This document shows positions 1-8,913 of a DNA stretch of 32,000 bases, in pieces. The stretch spans positions 1 through 32,000 of the forward strand of contig JAUWKS010000030.1 of assembly GCA_030614005.1 (NCBI GenBank). Direction: 5' to 3'. Position numbers and translations under genes: made by a program. Every line of letters starts with the position of its first letter. Within the stretch, counting starts at the first letter, position 1. The notes beneath the pieces are model-generated. The model saw only the letters and a program-made list of their open reading frames with translations. It was not told the origin of the DNA and ran no database searches. The DNA comes from Candidatus Heimdallarchaeota archaeon. GTDB lineage: Archaea; Asgardarchaeota; Heimdallarchaeia; JABLTI01.

Positions 1-111
1 ATTCTAATTTTAGACAAGCAACCAATTACTTGTACACAGCATAAGAAGTTTTTATTCCATTAAGGGAAATAGATAAATTCAAAAAAACATCGAATCGATG
101 TAGATTAAAAA

Positions 112-189
112 GTGCGAGTGGTCTAGCCTGGTGTGACGCCTCCCTCACACGGAGGAGATTCGCCGGTTCAAATCCGGCCTCGCACACCA
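112..189 (+). tRNA. tRNA-Val(CAC), CCA encoded
   Basis: Acceptor stem GTGCGAG/CTCGCAC, discriminator A then CCA (187-189). Anticodon arm CCTCC-CT CAC AC-GGAGG. T arm GCCGG-TTCAAAT-CCGGC. D loop TAGCCTGGT. Confidence 0.97.
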
Positions 190-681
190 ACAAGATTTAT
201 TTAAAAGATCATTTTCTCCACCGTGAAGTATTGGTAAAATTACAATCTTATCATCGGCATTTACTAGATCATCAAGTGAATATATTTCACCATTTACAAG
301 TATAGTATGTTTGTTAAACGCACCCTCTTTAAACCCGTTATTCTTCATGTAAATCCTGACAGTCATTGGGAATTGGTGTTGCTCAAATGGTTCAAAAGTA
401 AATTCCGGCAAACTCCTTTGTTTTAACTCAATAAGGTTATAGAAGTGAAGAAGAATTTTCACAACATCATCAAAGAGAGCGGGGTTTGTGAAATTGCCTT
501 TATTAGTAGCTTCGAATAGTTTCTTCTTGAGATTTTCGCACAAGAATATCTGTTCATCTGCTGAGAGTTTTTGCCAATTTTCTTTTAGTTTCTCGTGAAA
601 AATCTTTAACTTGAAATTTTTATTAAACTCAATTTCTTCGAGCAATTTCTTAGACCGTTTAAATTTATCAGATCCAACCAT
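145..681 (-). CDS. Fusion of an N-terminal helical domain and a ThiS/MoaD/SAMP-like ubiquitin-fold domain, with a 23-aa tail after the GG motif
   Basis: C-terminal part reads TVRIYMKNNG...ILVNGEIYSLDDLVNADDKIVILPILHGG, matching the MoaD/SAMP pattern (VAVNGE...L.DGDEVAI.PPVSGG). The last 45 nt overlap tRNA-Val antisense. Confidence 0.7.
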   Translation of the reverse strand: MVGSDKFKRSKKLLEEIEFNKNFKLKIFHEKLKENWQKLSADEQIFLCENLKKKLFEATNKGNFTNPALFDDVVKILLHFYNLIELKQRSLPEFTFEPFEQHQFPMTVRIYMKNNGFKEGAFNKHTILVNGEIYSLDDLVNADDKIVILPILHGGENDLLNKSCWCARPDLNRRISSV

Positions 682-966
682 AATTTGAACTTCATCCTTC
701 CATTTGATTAAGCTAATATCTCTTTTTTTACTGAAAAGTTTTTTCTATCTTGGTTAGAGAACACAAGTTCGGTTCATGCCCAACTTCGTGTGTCATTCTT
801 ATCTCAATCTATCATTCTATACTTACTTAAATTCATCAGTGTTTCCAAAATTAAATGTTGAATTATTTTCCGAATGCTTTCGACAAATTCTTTATTAATA
901 CTAGAGTATTTTGTAGTTTACTGTAAGTTTTTTCATTACAGTAAAAACAAATAGGTGAGAAGAGAT

Positions 967-1818
967 TTGTCTTTTGCAGATGTTAAAAAAAAACTACTCG
1001 TGAGTCCTTATCTTGGTATAGGGGCGGCCTCATTTTTAGGTGCCGCAGGAATAATAATCCATGCAGCAATTAATAGTATTAGTACGGAACTGCAAATTGG
1101 GTTTGTTGAAAATATAATAGGTTCAATTTGTTTTTTTATTGGGTTTGCGTCTATTATAGTAATTTTGGTTTTAATAGCAATAGCTTTTGAAAAAAAGCGA
1201 CAAGAAACAGTTGCTACCATAATTTTACTTTCGATATTCATTATCTTAGAGATCGCTCGTTCACATTACACGAGCCTTGGAAGCTCAAGCCCCTTCATAT
1301 ATATTGGTTTGATAATTTTTTATGGTGTTTTGAGAGGTATTGCTTTACAGAGAACAAACAAAGCATTAAAAATTCCATTTCCGGGGTATGGTACTAAAGC
1401 TTTTAGTGCTTATGGTTGGTCTTACATAGTTATTGGAACTCTTTCAATTATTCTTACTTTTTTAGGTGCTATGTTTTATAGCATGGGATTACTGCTTTTT
1501 GCATCGTGGCTTCTTACTTTTCTATATTTCTTTCAAGCAATTTGTTATCTAGTAATTGGCTTTAGATTTATTCAATATATTTTAGCTAATCCGGTAATTT
1601 CAGCGACTGCTTTAAAAAGAACAAGTACAACAACTACAGGAGTATCAACAACAATACCAATAACAGCGCAACCACAAGATTACTACCATCAAGAAGTTAT
1701 TCCTCAAGCAACTGTAAATGATGAATTTGAAATTGCTGAAGAATATTGTTCAAATTGTGGAGCTACTATAACTAGAGATAACCAAGTCTGCGAAATATGT
1801 GGAGAAGCGAGAAAGTAG
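967..1818 (+). CDS. Polytopic membrane protein with a C-terminal zinc ribbon
   Basis: About six hydrophobic segments, a Thr-rich linker, then CSNC-x10-CEIC. The GTG at 955 lies within an AGGTGA RBS, so TTG 967 is the likelier start. Confidence 0.8.
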   Translation: MSFADVKKKLLVSPYLGIGAASFLGAAGIIIHAAINSISTELQIGFVENIIGSICFFIGFASIIVILVLIAIAFEKKRQETVATIILLSIFIILEIARSHYTSLGSSSPFIYIGLIIFYGVLRGIALQRTNKALKIPFPGYGTKAFSAYGWSYIVIGTLSIILTFLGAMFYSMGLLLFASWLLTFLYFFQAICYLVIGFRFIQYILANPVISATALKRTSTTTTGVSTTIPITAQPQDYYHQEVIPQATVNDEFEIAEEYCSNCGATITRDNQVCEICGEARK

Positions 1819-1962
1819 CTTGCTTTCAAATCTCTTTTTGAACAAGCATTTGAGGACTCACATAATAGCAACAATGACTCCTTCTTAGCTGAGTTTCAAT
1901 TTTCTTTTGTTAAATATATTGTAAGACAAAAAGATGTTCACGCTCTACAGCGATGGCTACAT

Positions 1963-2217
1963 TTGCTTCAAGCATGTTACAATGCGGGAGAAAGAAGCAT
2001 TGATTCACACGCAACATTGTTTTCAGAATTAGTAACTATAATAACATTCCAACTTGATTTGCTTGATAAAAGCGAGTTTTCGAAAGAAAGCAAACTAATC
2101 TGGAGTATAAGTCACTTCATAGAAGATATGATTGATACTGGTAAAGAAAAGTTAGAAAAACAAGCACAGAGATTAACTGAATATTTTGAAGAAAGAGAAA
2201 TCAGCATTGAGAATTAG
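1963..2217 (+). CDS. Hypothetical helical protein, or the C-terminal continuation of the upstream gene past its TAG
   Basis: The frame is open from 1819 to 2214, in frame with the upstream CDS. The first canonical start is TTG 1963, with no clear RBS. Confidence 0.4.
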   Translation: MLQACYNAGERSIDSHATLFSELVTIITFQLDLLDKSEFSKESKLIWSISHFIEDMIDTGKEKLEKQAQRLTEYFEEREISIEN

Positions 2218-2281
2218 AAACCTCTTTTGGAAAAATAAACTAATAACTTCTTTTATTGAGGTTATCTTTCATTATTTCCAA

Positions 2282-2818
2282 CTATTTTCTTCTGCTAAAT
2301 TTAACTATTCTTTTTGTATTTTCTATTAGTTTGAATCTATTTGTTTTTTCAATTAACTCAGCAATAGCATCCGCTGACATTTTTGATTTTTGGATTGCAA
2401 TTATTCCATCTTTTGTGAGAATTCGATCCATTTCCAAGATAACGTCATCAATTATGTTCACTAATGAATGTATTATACCAAAAAAGAAAGCAAGATCAAT
2501 ACTATCATCAAGCAAGCTCGTCTTTGTGACATCCTCAAGTAGTAATTTAACATTTTTAATATTCTTCTTGGCAATTTTCTTCTCGACTTTTTTAATAGCA
2601 AATGGGTTTATATCATTTGCAAAGACGATTCCTTCTTCACCAACAATTTCTGCAGCAGGAATAGTGAAGAAGCCAGGACCACAACCGACCTCAAGTATCT
2701 TCTGTCCTTTATCAACACCAGCAGCTAATAGCAAATCTTCGGCTTTCATAAACAATCCATACATTGTTTCATGTATAAATGAAACACCCATAAAATGAAT
2801 TCTCTCACGGAACGACAT
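2282..2818 (-). CDS. Class I SAM-dependent methyltransferase
   Basis: Motif I ILEVGCGPG, motif II FANDIN, and later LEDVT and IDLAFF segments. Confidence 0.9.
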   Translation of the reverse strand: MSFRERIHFMGVSFIHETMYGLFMKAEDLLLAAGVDKGQKILEVGCGPGFFTIPAAEIVGEEGIVFANDINPFAIKKVEKKIAKKNIKNVKLLLEDVTKTSLLDDSIDLAFFFGIIHSLVNIIDDVILEMDRILTKDGIIAIQKSKMSADAIAELIEKTNRFKLIENTKRIVKFSRRK

Positions 2819-2999
2819 ATTGAATGAATCCTCAAATATTGGACTAAATTAGTTACTTAATAGTTTGTTCAAAGTTTTATATAAACATTCCAGAAACAAT
2901 TTCACTCCAAAATAAAGCATTCATTTCCAGTGTATCATTAAATTGTAGGATTTGCTCTTTTAGAAAGGAAATAAAATTCAATAGCATCTTTTTTTGAAG

Positions 3000-4658
3000 T
3001 TATTCTTCATCTGTTTCTTTTGTTATAAAATCGGGTTGCTTTGTATCACTAGTTTGAACACTACCATCATCATAGATGGTCCACCCTGCAGATGTTTTTA
3101 GACTCTTAACTGATTCCATAAATTGTTCTACTAATTTAGCGTATTTCTCTTGTTCTACAGTTTGATGATAAATTATTGTGATATCCTCTTTCAGATTAGC
3201 TCTTGTGCTTCTTATTCGACCCATAGCTTGTTCACGAGCTTCAATTGACAATGTTGTTCCAAAATGGATGCAGCGATCTGCTTGCGGTAAATCTGTTCCC
3301 TTTCGTATAAGCCGTTCGCTTGCAAATAGAACTTTAACTTCTCCACTCTTAAAGCGTTTAATTTGCATGTTTTGAGATTCACCACCCATACCACCATGAA
3401 CAAAGAGGTTTGGAATACCCTCCTTTTCAAGCAAACGAGAAAGATGTCTAGTCATATCAACAAAGCGTAAGAAAATAATTACTGAGCTATCTTCTTCCCG
3501 AACAAGTTTCTTTACAATTTGAATTAATCTCAAATCTTTAGGAGAAATTGTTCTAGATTTTCCGTCCTTCATCGCTATCTCTACCAATTCTTTGATGGCA
3601 AGCCAATCAGAAGAGTTCAAGAGAAGGCTGTTTCTTATCTTGAGTACAAAACCAGAGAATTTAGCAAAAGTGTGTTCAAAGAGAAATTGTCTAGCAATTA
3701 CTAGATCAAGATACGCACCAGCATTGATTATTAAATTCTTGAAAAACGCTTCAGAGCCTTTCGCAAAGTTCGTCCCTTGATAGGAGCGTTTCAATAAATT
3801 ATTAGCGAAAAGAAGCATTCTATTACCAGGCAAATTTTGGCCACTCAATCGTTTATAACCACTTCTCAATACTTTCTCAGTTTTTGAGCGAAGAATAGTA
3901 AGATATTGGTCCACCTCTTTTCTCATATCATCAAAAACATAAAATCGCTTCAATTTTATTGCAGGAGCATGTTCTTGGAAGTCGTCACTTTGTGGGTAAA
4001 TGAATTCAACCTTGTCTTTTCCACCCAAAGTTCCTTCGATGAAGGAGAGCTTACCTTTTTGAAGGAGGGATGCTGTTAAACCTAAGAATTTGGAACTTTC
4101 TTTAGCTTTTAACCGGTCAATCAAAGGAGCAAAGCGTTTGTCCATTCGAAATCCTCCACCGGCTACTGTTTGGGCAGTAATATCTAGAATCTCATCAATA
4201 ACAATAAACTCTGTTTTATCAAGATCTTCTGGGAGAACCCTTCTTTGTGAGGGCGTCCGTGCAAAGAGGGAATTCATTAATAGAGCAGGAGTAGCAAAAA
4301 TAAAACGTGATAAAGCAAAGTGCTTTTGAATGATTTTTGGTGGTAAACCTTTGCCTTCTGGTAAAAGGAATGAACCGCCATATCCAGATAAGTCAACTTG
4401 ACAAACATCATGTAACTGATGTTTTAGTTTTCTATCAGGGGATAAGAATAATACTTTGCCTTCAGGAGAAATGACTCCTTTTTTAAGCAACTCAACAATA
4501 ACCATAACAGCTACATTTGTTTTGCCCATCCCAGTAGGTAATAATAAAATAGCAGAACGCTTTTCATCTTCATACAATGATTTCAGAATTCTCTCAGCAG
4601 CATCTGTTTGATAATCTCTGGGGGTGAAGGATAAATCATCTAAACACTCGAGTGTCAC
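3000..4658 (-). CDS. SF2 DEAD/DEAH-box helicase, Hef/FANCM-like, with no nuclease domain
   Basis: Q motif PRDYQ, Walker A PTGMGKT, motif II VIDEI, motif III LTAS, helicase C-domain IIF...FVHGGM, and a motif VI-like QAMGR. Confidence 0.82.
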   Translation of the reverse strand: MTLECLDDLSFTPRDYQTDAAERILKSLYEDEKRSAILLLPTGMGKTNVAVMVIVELLKKGVISPEGKVLFLSPDRKLKHQLHDVCQVDLSGYGGSFLLPEGKGLPPKIIQKHFALSRFIFATPALLMNSLFARTPSQRRVLPEDLDKTEFIVIDEILDITAQTVAGGGFRMDKRFAPLIDRLKAKESSKFLGLTASLLQKGKLSFIEGTLGGKDKVEFIYPQSDDFQEHAPAIKLKRFYVFDDMRKEVDQYLTILRSKTEKVLRSGYKRLSGQNLPGNRMLLFANNLLKRSYQGTNFAKGSEAFFKNLIINAGAYLDLVIARQFLFEHTFAKFSGFVLKIRNSLLLNSSDWLAIKELVEIAMKDGKSRTISPKDLRLIQIVKKLVREEDSSVIIFLRFVDMTRHLSRLLEKEGIPNLFVHGGMGGESQNMQIKRFKSGEVKVLFASERLIRKGTDLPQADRCIHFGTTLSIEAREQAMGRIRSTRANLKEDITIIYHQTVEQEKYAKLVEQFMESVKSLKTSAGWTIYDDGSVQTSDTKQPDFITKETDEE

Positions 4659-4820
4659 TAATTACACGCTCAAAGGATTTTACTAATTACTGATTTGTAA
4701 ATAACTCTTATTTAAAAAAAATTAGGTATAACTCTTTTAGGATTAAGCCTAAATAATTGATTAATTTTATAGAAAAAAAGGAAAAGAAAATGGTAGGTTC
4801 GAATGCCTCGAACTCTAACA

Positions 4821-6164
4821 TTAAGAAACGAATTTTATATTGTCTATAGCGACATAAGGAACATACCAACTAGGTGTCCCTCTAAAGGGTTTCAATTCTT
4901 TGCTAAGATGAGTGATTGATTTCAAATTAGTGAAGACATTACCAACAGCAGTAATTTCCTTGAGAGTATCAGTAATTTCACCGTTTTTGATTAAACGACC
5001 ACCTTTCACAGCACCAGAATAATCACCTGAAACGGGATCAGGAAAAGTGCTAATCCTCTGAATGAGGATTCCCTTCTTAATCTCAGGAATGATATCATCA
5101 ATGGATTTCTTGCCGGGAGTTATTTTTAGATTAGTAGTGGACAGATTTGGAATGTTCCTAAAACCACCGCCAGCATGACCTGTACTCTGGAGATTTTCTT
5201 TGTTCGCTGAGAAAGTATCATAAAAGACACCAGTAAATGTTCCTTTTTCTACGATAGTGAGTTTTTTATGAGGAACTCCTTCTCTATCGAAACTTCGACT
5301 ACCAGGACTATTTTTAATAGATCCATCGTCGACCAGAGTTACAGCATCAATAGCAATTTTATCTCCAAGTTTATCTTGTAGATAACTGGACCCAGATTGA
5401 ATATTGGTTGCTTTAGCTCCTTCAATAATAAGACCAAAAATCAATTGAGCAGCATCGGGAGTGAATATTGCCGGGCCTTCAAAAGAGTCAATTTTCTGAG
5501 CATTCAAGTTTTGTAATACTTTTTGAGAGAATTCTTTTGCTGTCTTTTGGAGATCCACATCTGCAACATTGATAACAGAATCGAATTCATAATCAAAAGA
5601 ACCGATATCAGCACCATCAACAGCCATCCCAAATAAACCATAACTCAAAGCAGATTTCTTATCGGAAGAATTTATACCATTTGAGTTTACAATAGCATAA
5701 TAATCTTCAGTTGTTTCGAAATTACCCGAATCAATAGAAATTCTCGAATCGATTTTGCGAGTAGTTTTTAGTAATTTGTTGCTGTAAGAAACGACATCAT
5801 CCATTGAAACATTACTAATCTCTTCATCAAAGATATTTGCTACTTGTGGAGTAGGTTGTTTTTGAGGTAAGAAATAATTATCTTCAGGAGGAGAAACCTT
5901 AGCAATAGAAAACGCTTCCTTAAGTGCTACTCCAATCTTCTTTTTGTTAAATGTATTAACACTAGCAAATCCCAAGGATTTATTCTTCAAAATACGTATT
6001 CCTACACCTTCAATAATCGTAGAGACAGCTGATTTCAAATTATTTGCTTCAAAGTTCACTGTCTTTTGTTTTTGTCTATGAGCATATAGCTCGACTTCAT
6101 CAGCACCTAATTTTTGAGCTTTAACAACAAAAGAATCTATTATTGACAATAATTCATCAGACAT
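4821..6164 (-). CDS. pmbA: PmbA/TldE subunit of the TldDE metalloprotease
   Basis: TldD/PmbA fold motifs (GIRI...LGFAS, FDREG, TGHA, GDYS) and no HExxxH. ATG at 6164 sits 2 nt after the tldD stop. Confidence 0.88.
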   Translation of the reverse strand: MSDELLSIIDSFVVKAQKLGADEVELYAHRQKQKTVNFEANNLKSAVSTIIEGVGIRILKNKSLGFASVNTFNKKKIGVALKEAFSIAKVSPPEDNYFLPQKQPTPQVANIFDEEISNVSMDDVVSYSNKLLKTTRKIDSRISIDSGNFETTEDYYAIVNSNGINSSDKKSALSYGLFGMAVDGADIGSFDYEFDSVINVADVDLQKTAKEFSQKVLQNLNAQKIDSFEGPAIFTPDAAQLIFGLIIEGAKATNIQSGSSYLQDKLGDKIAIDAVTLVDDGSIKNSPGSRSFDREGVPHKKLTIVEKGTFTGVFYDTFSANKENLQSTGHAGGGFRNIPNLSTTNLKITPGKKSIDDIIPEIKKGILIQRISTFPDPVSGDYSGAVKGGRLIKNGEITDTLKEITAVGNVFTNLKSITHLSKELKPFRGTPSWYVPYVAIDNIKFVS

Positions 6165-6165
6165 T

Positions 6166-7569
6166 TTATTTACCTCCAACACTACCTGAAACAAGAGCAA
6201 TCGCTCGAGTAGTTCCTCCACCACCATCAACTTTAGCTGGCTGCCACTTGCCACAATGTCCGTTACCCATTTCTAGTCTCCAATCTTTTGCAATTGCATC
6301 TACTGACTTCAGCACTTCGTAAGCATTTCCAGTTACTGTTACATTCTTTACGAGTCCACCTATTTCACCATTCTTTATTTCATACGTTTCTGGCATGGTA
6401 AACATAAATTCTGCCGTGCTATCTGCTTGTCCCCCACCGGGACTTACCAGATAATAACCGAATTTTATTCCTTCAAAGAGTTCTTCTTTCTTGAAATCAC
6501 CTGGTTCTAGGTAAGTATTCCTCATTCTAATTAGTGGTTCGTGGTTATATTCAAACGCACGCTCATTTCCCGTTGGTTCCACACCAAAATAGTGTGCGGA
6601 AAAACGACTATGCAAAAATGATTTCATTATTCCTTTCTCAATGATAACCGTTTTCTGTGGTTTTACACCGGCATCATCTACTGGCAACCAACCTGAAGCA
6701 TAATCTTGCTCTCCGGTATCGACCATTGTTACAAGTTCACTTGCAACTTTTTTACCGATGGTGCCTTTCGCAGCACTTCCAGACATAACAAAATCACTCT
6801 CTACAGTATGACCAATAGCTTCATGGGATATTATTCCCACTACTTTTGGATCCATTACTACAGTGTGTTTTCCTCCTTTTGCTAAAGGAGCATCTAGTAG
6901 TTTTATTGCTGTAGTAACAGCAGTTTCAACCATTTTCTCAGGAGGTGATATTTCAAATATTTCCCAACCACCACATAATCCTCGAGCAACCATAAATGGC
7001 ATCATTTTTCCTGCATCGTGTGCAATTGCTTGAACATAAAAATCAGGTTTGCTATCGAATACCTCAGCATTTGACCCATCTGAATTCATAACTATTCTAT
7101 GATTATGATATTCTCGCAAAAAGATCAGTGAGCCTTTAATTTTCTCATCTGCTTTCAGAACTTTTTGGTCAGTATCTGCAACAAGTTTCACTCGTTCCTC
7201 TATACTGTGATTTGCTAATGGATCTTTTCCCAAAGATTTGAAAACACCGATTACTGGTTTTATTGGTGCCAATTCAATCTTTTCTTTCATACTTGGAGCT
7301 AGATTTCTTGCAGCGGCAATAGCATCATTCAGAGTCCCTTTTACTGTGGATTTATCTAATTTGCTTGTGCTTGCAAAACCCCAGGCGCCGTCAACCAGAA
7401 CTCTTATTCCTATACCAGCAAAATCATCAACAATTGCTTTCTGAAGTTTTCCTTTGTCAGAGCGCACTTCGATCTTTTTCCTTTGATGATATCTTGCTTC
7501 TACATGAACGCCATCTGGTCGTTTATCTATTACTGTTTGTAGTAAGTCTTTCAATAAAAAAAACACCAT
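6166..7569 (-). CDS. tldD: TldD metalloprotease subunit
   Basis: HEAIGH metal-binding motif, RMRNT, and C-terminal CGK...GGG. Confidence 0.93.
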   Translation of the reverse strand: MVFFLLKDLLQTVIDKRPDGVHVEARYHQRKKIEVRSDKGKLQKAIVDDFAGIGIRVLVDGAWGFASTSKLDKSTVKGTLNDAIAAARNLAPSMKEKIELAPIKPVIGVFKSLGKDPLANHSIEERVKLVADTDQKVLKADEKIKGSLIFLREYHNHRIVMNSDGSNAEVFDSKPDFYVQAIAHDAGKMMPFMVARGLCGGWEIFEISPPEKMVETAVTTAIKLLDAPLAKGGKHTVVMDPKVVGIISHEAIGHTVESDFVMSGSAAKGTIGKKVASELVTMVDTGEQDYASGWLPVDDAGVKPQKTVIIEKGIMKSFLHSRFSAHYFGVEPTGNERAFEYNHEPLIRMRNTYLEPGDFKKEELFEGIKFGYYLVSPGGGQADSTAEFMFTMPETYEIKNGEIGGLVKNVTVTGNAYEVLKSVDAIAKDWRLEMGNGHCGKWQPAKVDGGGGTTRAIALVSGSVGGK

Positions 7570-7719
7570 TTGAATTAATTTTAATGTTATAATAGAATGT
7601 GATTGTTTCTAAGTTTAATATTTTATTGTCATTTTATAGAATTAGAACTTGGGAATTAAAATTAAACTCGAAGAATTATTAACAGAAAAATATATGAGAG
7701 TAGAATTGGATATGTTCTA

Positions 7720-7974
7720 CTAGTGTTTTCTTCTTTTGTCTGCTTTGTGAATAACACTGTAATCTTTTATTTCATATTGTTTTGACGCAACAAGATTTAA
7801 TCCACAAGAAATGCACAATACATTATTTGGTTCATTTAATGTCTTACAGTTTGAACATTCAATTTGCTTTTCTTCTGTTAGTGCTACCTTTTGTTTTTTT
7901 AAACTTTCTTTTACTAGATCTTTATCTTTTCTTATATGTTTTTGTGCTTCGTCTATTGGCATAATATAATACAA
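7720..7974 (-). CDS. Small basic zinc-ribbon protein
   Basis: CSNC-x10-CISC. AGGAGG lies 8 nt upstream of TTG 7974. Confidence 0.75.
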   Translation of the reverse strand: MYYIMPIDEAQKHIRKDKDLVKESLKKQKVALTEEKQIECSNCKTLNEPNNVLCISCGLNLVASKQYEIKDYSVIHKADKRRKH

Positions 7975-8006
7975 TCATTTTTCCTCCTAGTATAAATTGT
8001 TCAAAT

Positions 8007-8017
8007 AAGTATTTAAG
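8007..8017 (-). promoter_or_regulatory. TATA-like box upstream of the 7720..7974 gene
   Basis: CTTAAATACTT on the coding strand, about 33 nt upstream of the start. Confidence 0.5.
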
Positions 8018-8105
8018 GATTAGTTAATTGAAAAAAAGAAAAAGTGAGAAGAGAAATTTTCGTATATTCCTCTCTTCCTTGTGCCACTCATTACTTTGCT
8101 ACAAG

Positions 8106-8261
8106 CTATTCAGTCACTAATGCTTTGTCAGAATCTTGCCTACAAATAGCACAAACTTTGTGATCTTTTCTGAGAATCTTTCCACAGAGTGGACATCTTC
8201 TCCCATCATCCAACCCTTTTTCTACTATTGCTAGTCTCCAATTAAGTAAAAGCTTACTCAT
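8106..8261 (-). CDS. Small zinc-ribbon protein (about 51 aa)
   Basis: CPLC-x10-CAIC. Start placed at ATG 8261 because the longer ORF from 8342 spans a TATA-like box at 8289-8303. Confidence 0.6.
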   Translation of the reverse strand: MSKLLLNWRLAIVEKGLDDGRRCPLCGKILRKDHKVCAICRQDSDKALVTE

Positions 8262-8288
8262 CCTTATTCCGAATAGTTTTGGTGTGAA

Positions 8289-8303
8289 GAAGTATTTAAA
8301 ACT
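8289..8303 (-). promoter_or_regulatory. TATA-like box upstream of the 8106..8261 gene
   Basis: AGTTTTAAATACTTC on the coding strand, identical to the 15-mer at 8708-8722. Confidence 0.55.
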
Positions 8304-8344
8304 AAGCGAATGAAAATGAATAATTGAAGAGAAAAATCTCATTT

Positions 8345-8680
8345 CTACTGTTGTCTTTTTCTCTTTCTTAAACTACTCATACCGCTGAGATCAAGTGGTT
8401 TAGACATTTCATATTGAACAAAATTTATACCACAAGAAGAACAGATTACGCTATCAAAGGCGTTCAAGTTTTTGCACTTGGGGCAATCCTTTTCCTTCAT
8501 AGGAACTACTCTATCTTTTTCCTTTGCCATATTTGGGTCATTTTTACAATAAGAACATAGTTTTTCTCCGATTTTCAAGGGTTTTCCACAGTGGGGGCAA
8601 TAACCGACTACATCCTTCGTTTTTTTTCTAATATAAGATCTACCTCTATTAAGTCTACCTCTGCCTGGAATCATATACAT
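8345..8680 (-). CDS. Double zinc-ribbon protein with basic termini
   Basis: CPHC-x10-CSYC and CPKC-x10-CSSC. GAGGT RBS upstream of the ATG. Confidence 0.8.
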   Translation of the reverse strand: MYMIPGRGRLNRGRSYIRKKTKDVVGYCPHCGKPLKIGEKLCSYCKNDPNMAKEKDRVVPMKEKDCPKCKNLNAFDSVICSSCGINFVQYEMSKPLDLSGMSSLRKRKRQQ

Positions 8681-8707
8681 TCATACCTCAACTATTATAC
8701 ATTTGAT

Positions 8708-8722
8708 GAAGTATTTAAAACT
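8708..8722 (-). promoter_or_regulatory. TATA-like box upstream of the 8345..8680 gene
   Basis: AGTTTTAAATACTTC, about 28 nt upstream of the ATG. Confidence 0.55.
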
Positions 8723-8829
8723 TAATATTCGAAAAGCACTTAAAAAAAGTTCTACAAAAAATTAGTGATTTTTTGGTATAAAAGAAAATTATTTATGCGG
8801 TTATTTCTTGGCAACTCTGCTCTTAAAAT

Positions 8830-8885
8830 GGTGATGAAATCCACCTTGACCTCTGTCTGAACCGCATATGGCTGATGACTTCTAC
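8830..8885 (+). ncRNA. Fluoride riboswitch (crcB motif)
   Basis: GGTGATGAAATCCACC...GCTGATGACTTCTAC matches the fluoride riboswitch pattern (GGCGAUG...CGCC...GCUGAUG...CUAC). P1 is GGTG/CACC and the pseudoknot is GAAATC/GACTTC with one mismatch. It lies directly upstream of crcB. Confidence 0.88.
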
Positions 8886-8913
8886 TTTTAGAACTAAGGT
8901 GGAACAAACAAGA

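Noticed and set aside
756-799. Hairpin as a SECIS element
   Set aside because: It has no correctly placed RUGA/GA kink-turn or archaeal GAA/A core, and no in-frame TGA gene is adjacent.
112-2217. Integrated element at the tRNA-Val 3' end
   Set aside because: I found no integrase, no duplicated tRNA 3' fragment and no mobile-element genes in the window.
6165-6254. Longer pmbA start at 6254
   Set aside because: It overlaps the tldD 3' end. ATG 6164 directly follows the tldD stop.
4821-8680. TldDE plus small Cys-rich ORFs as a RiPP/microcin cluster
   Set aside because: The cysteines are in CxxC zinc-ribbon spacing, no YcaO, radical SAM or transporter gene is nearby, and tldD-pmbA pairs are common housekeeping genes.
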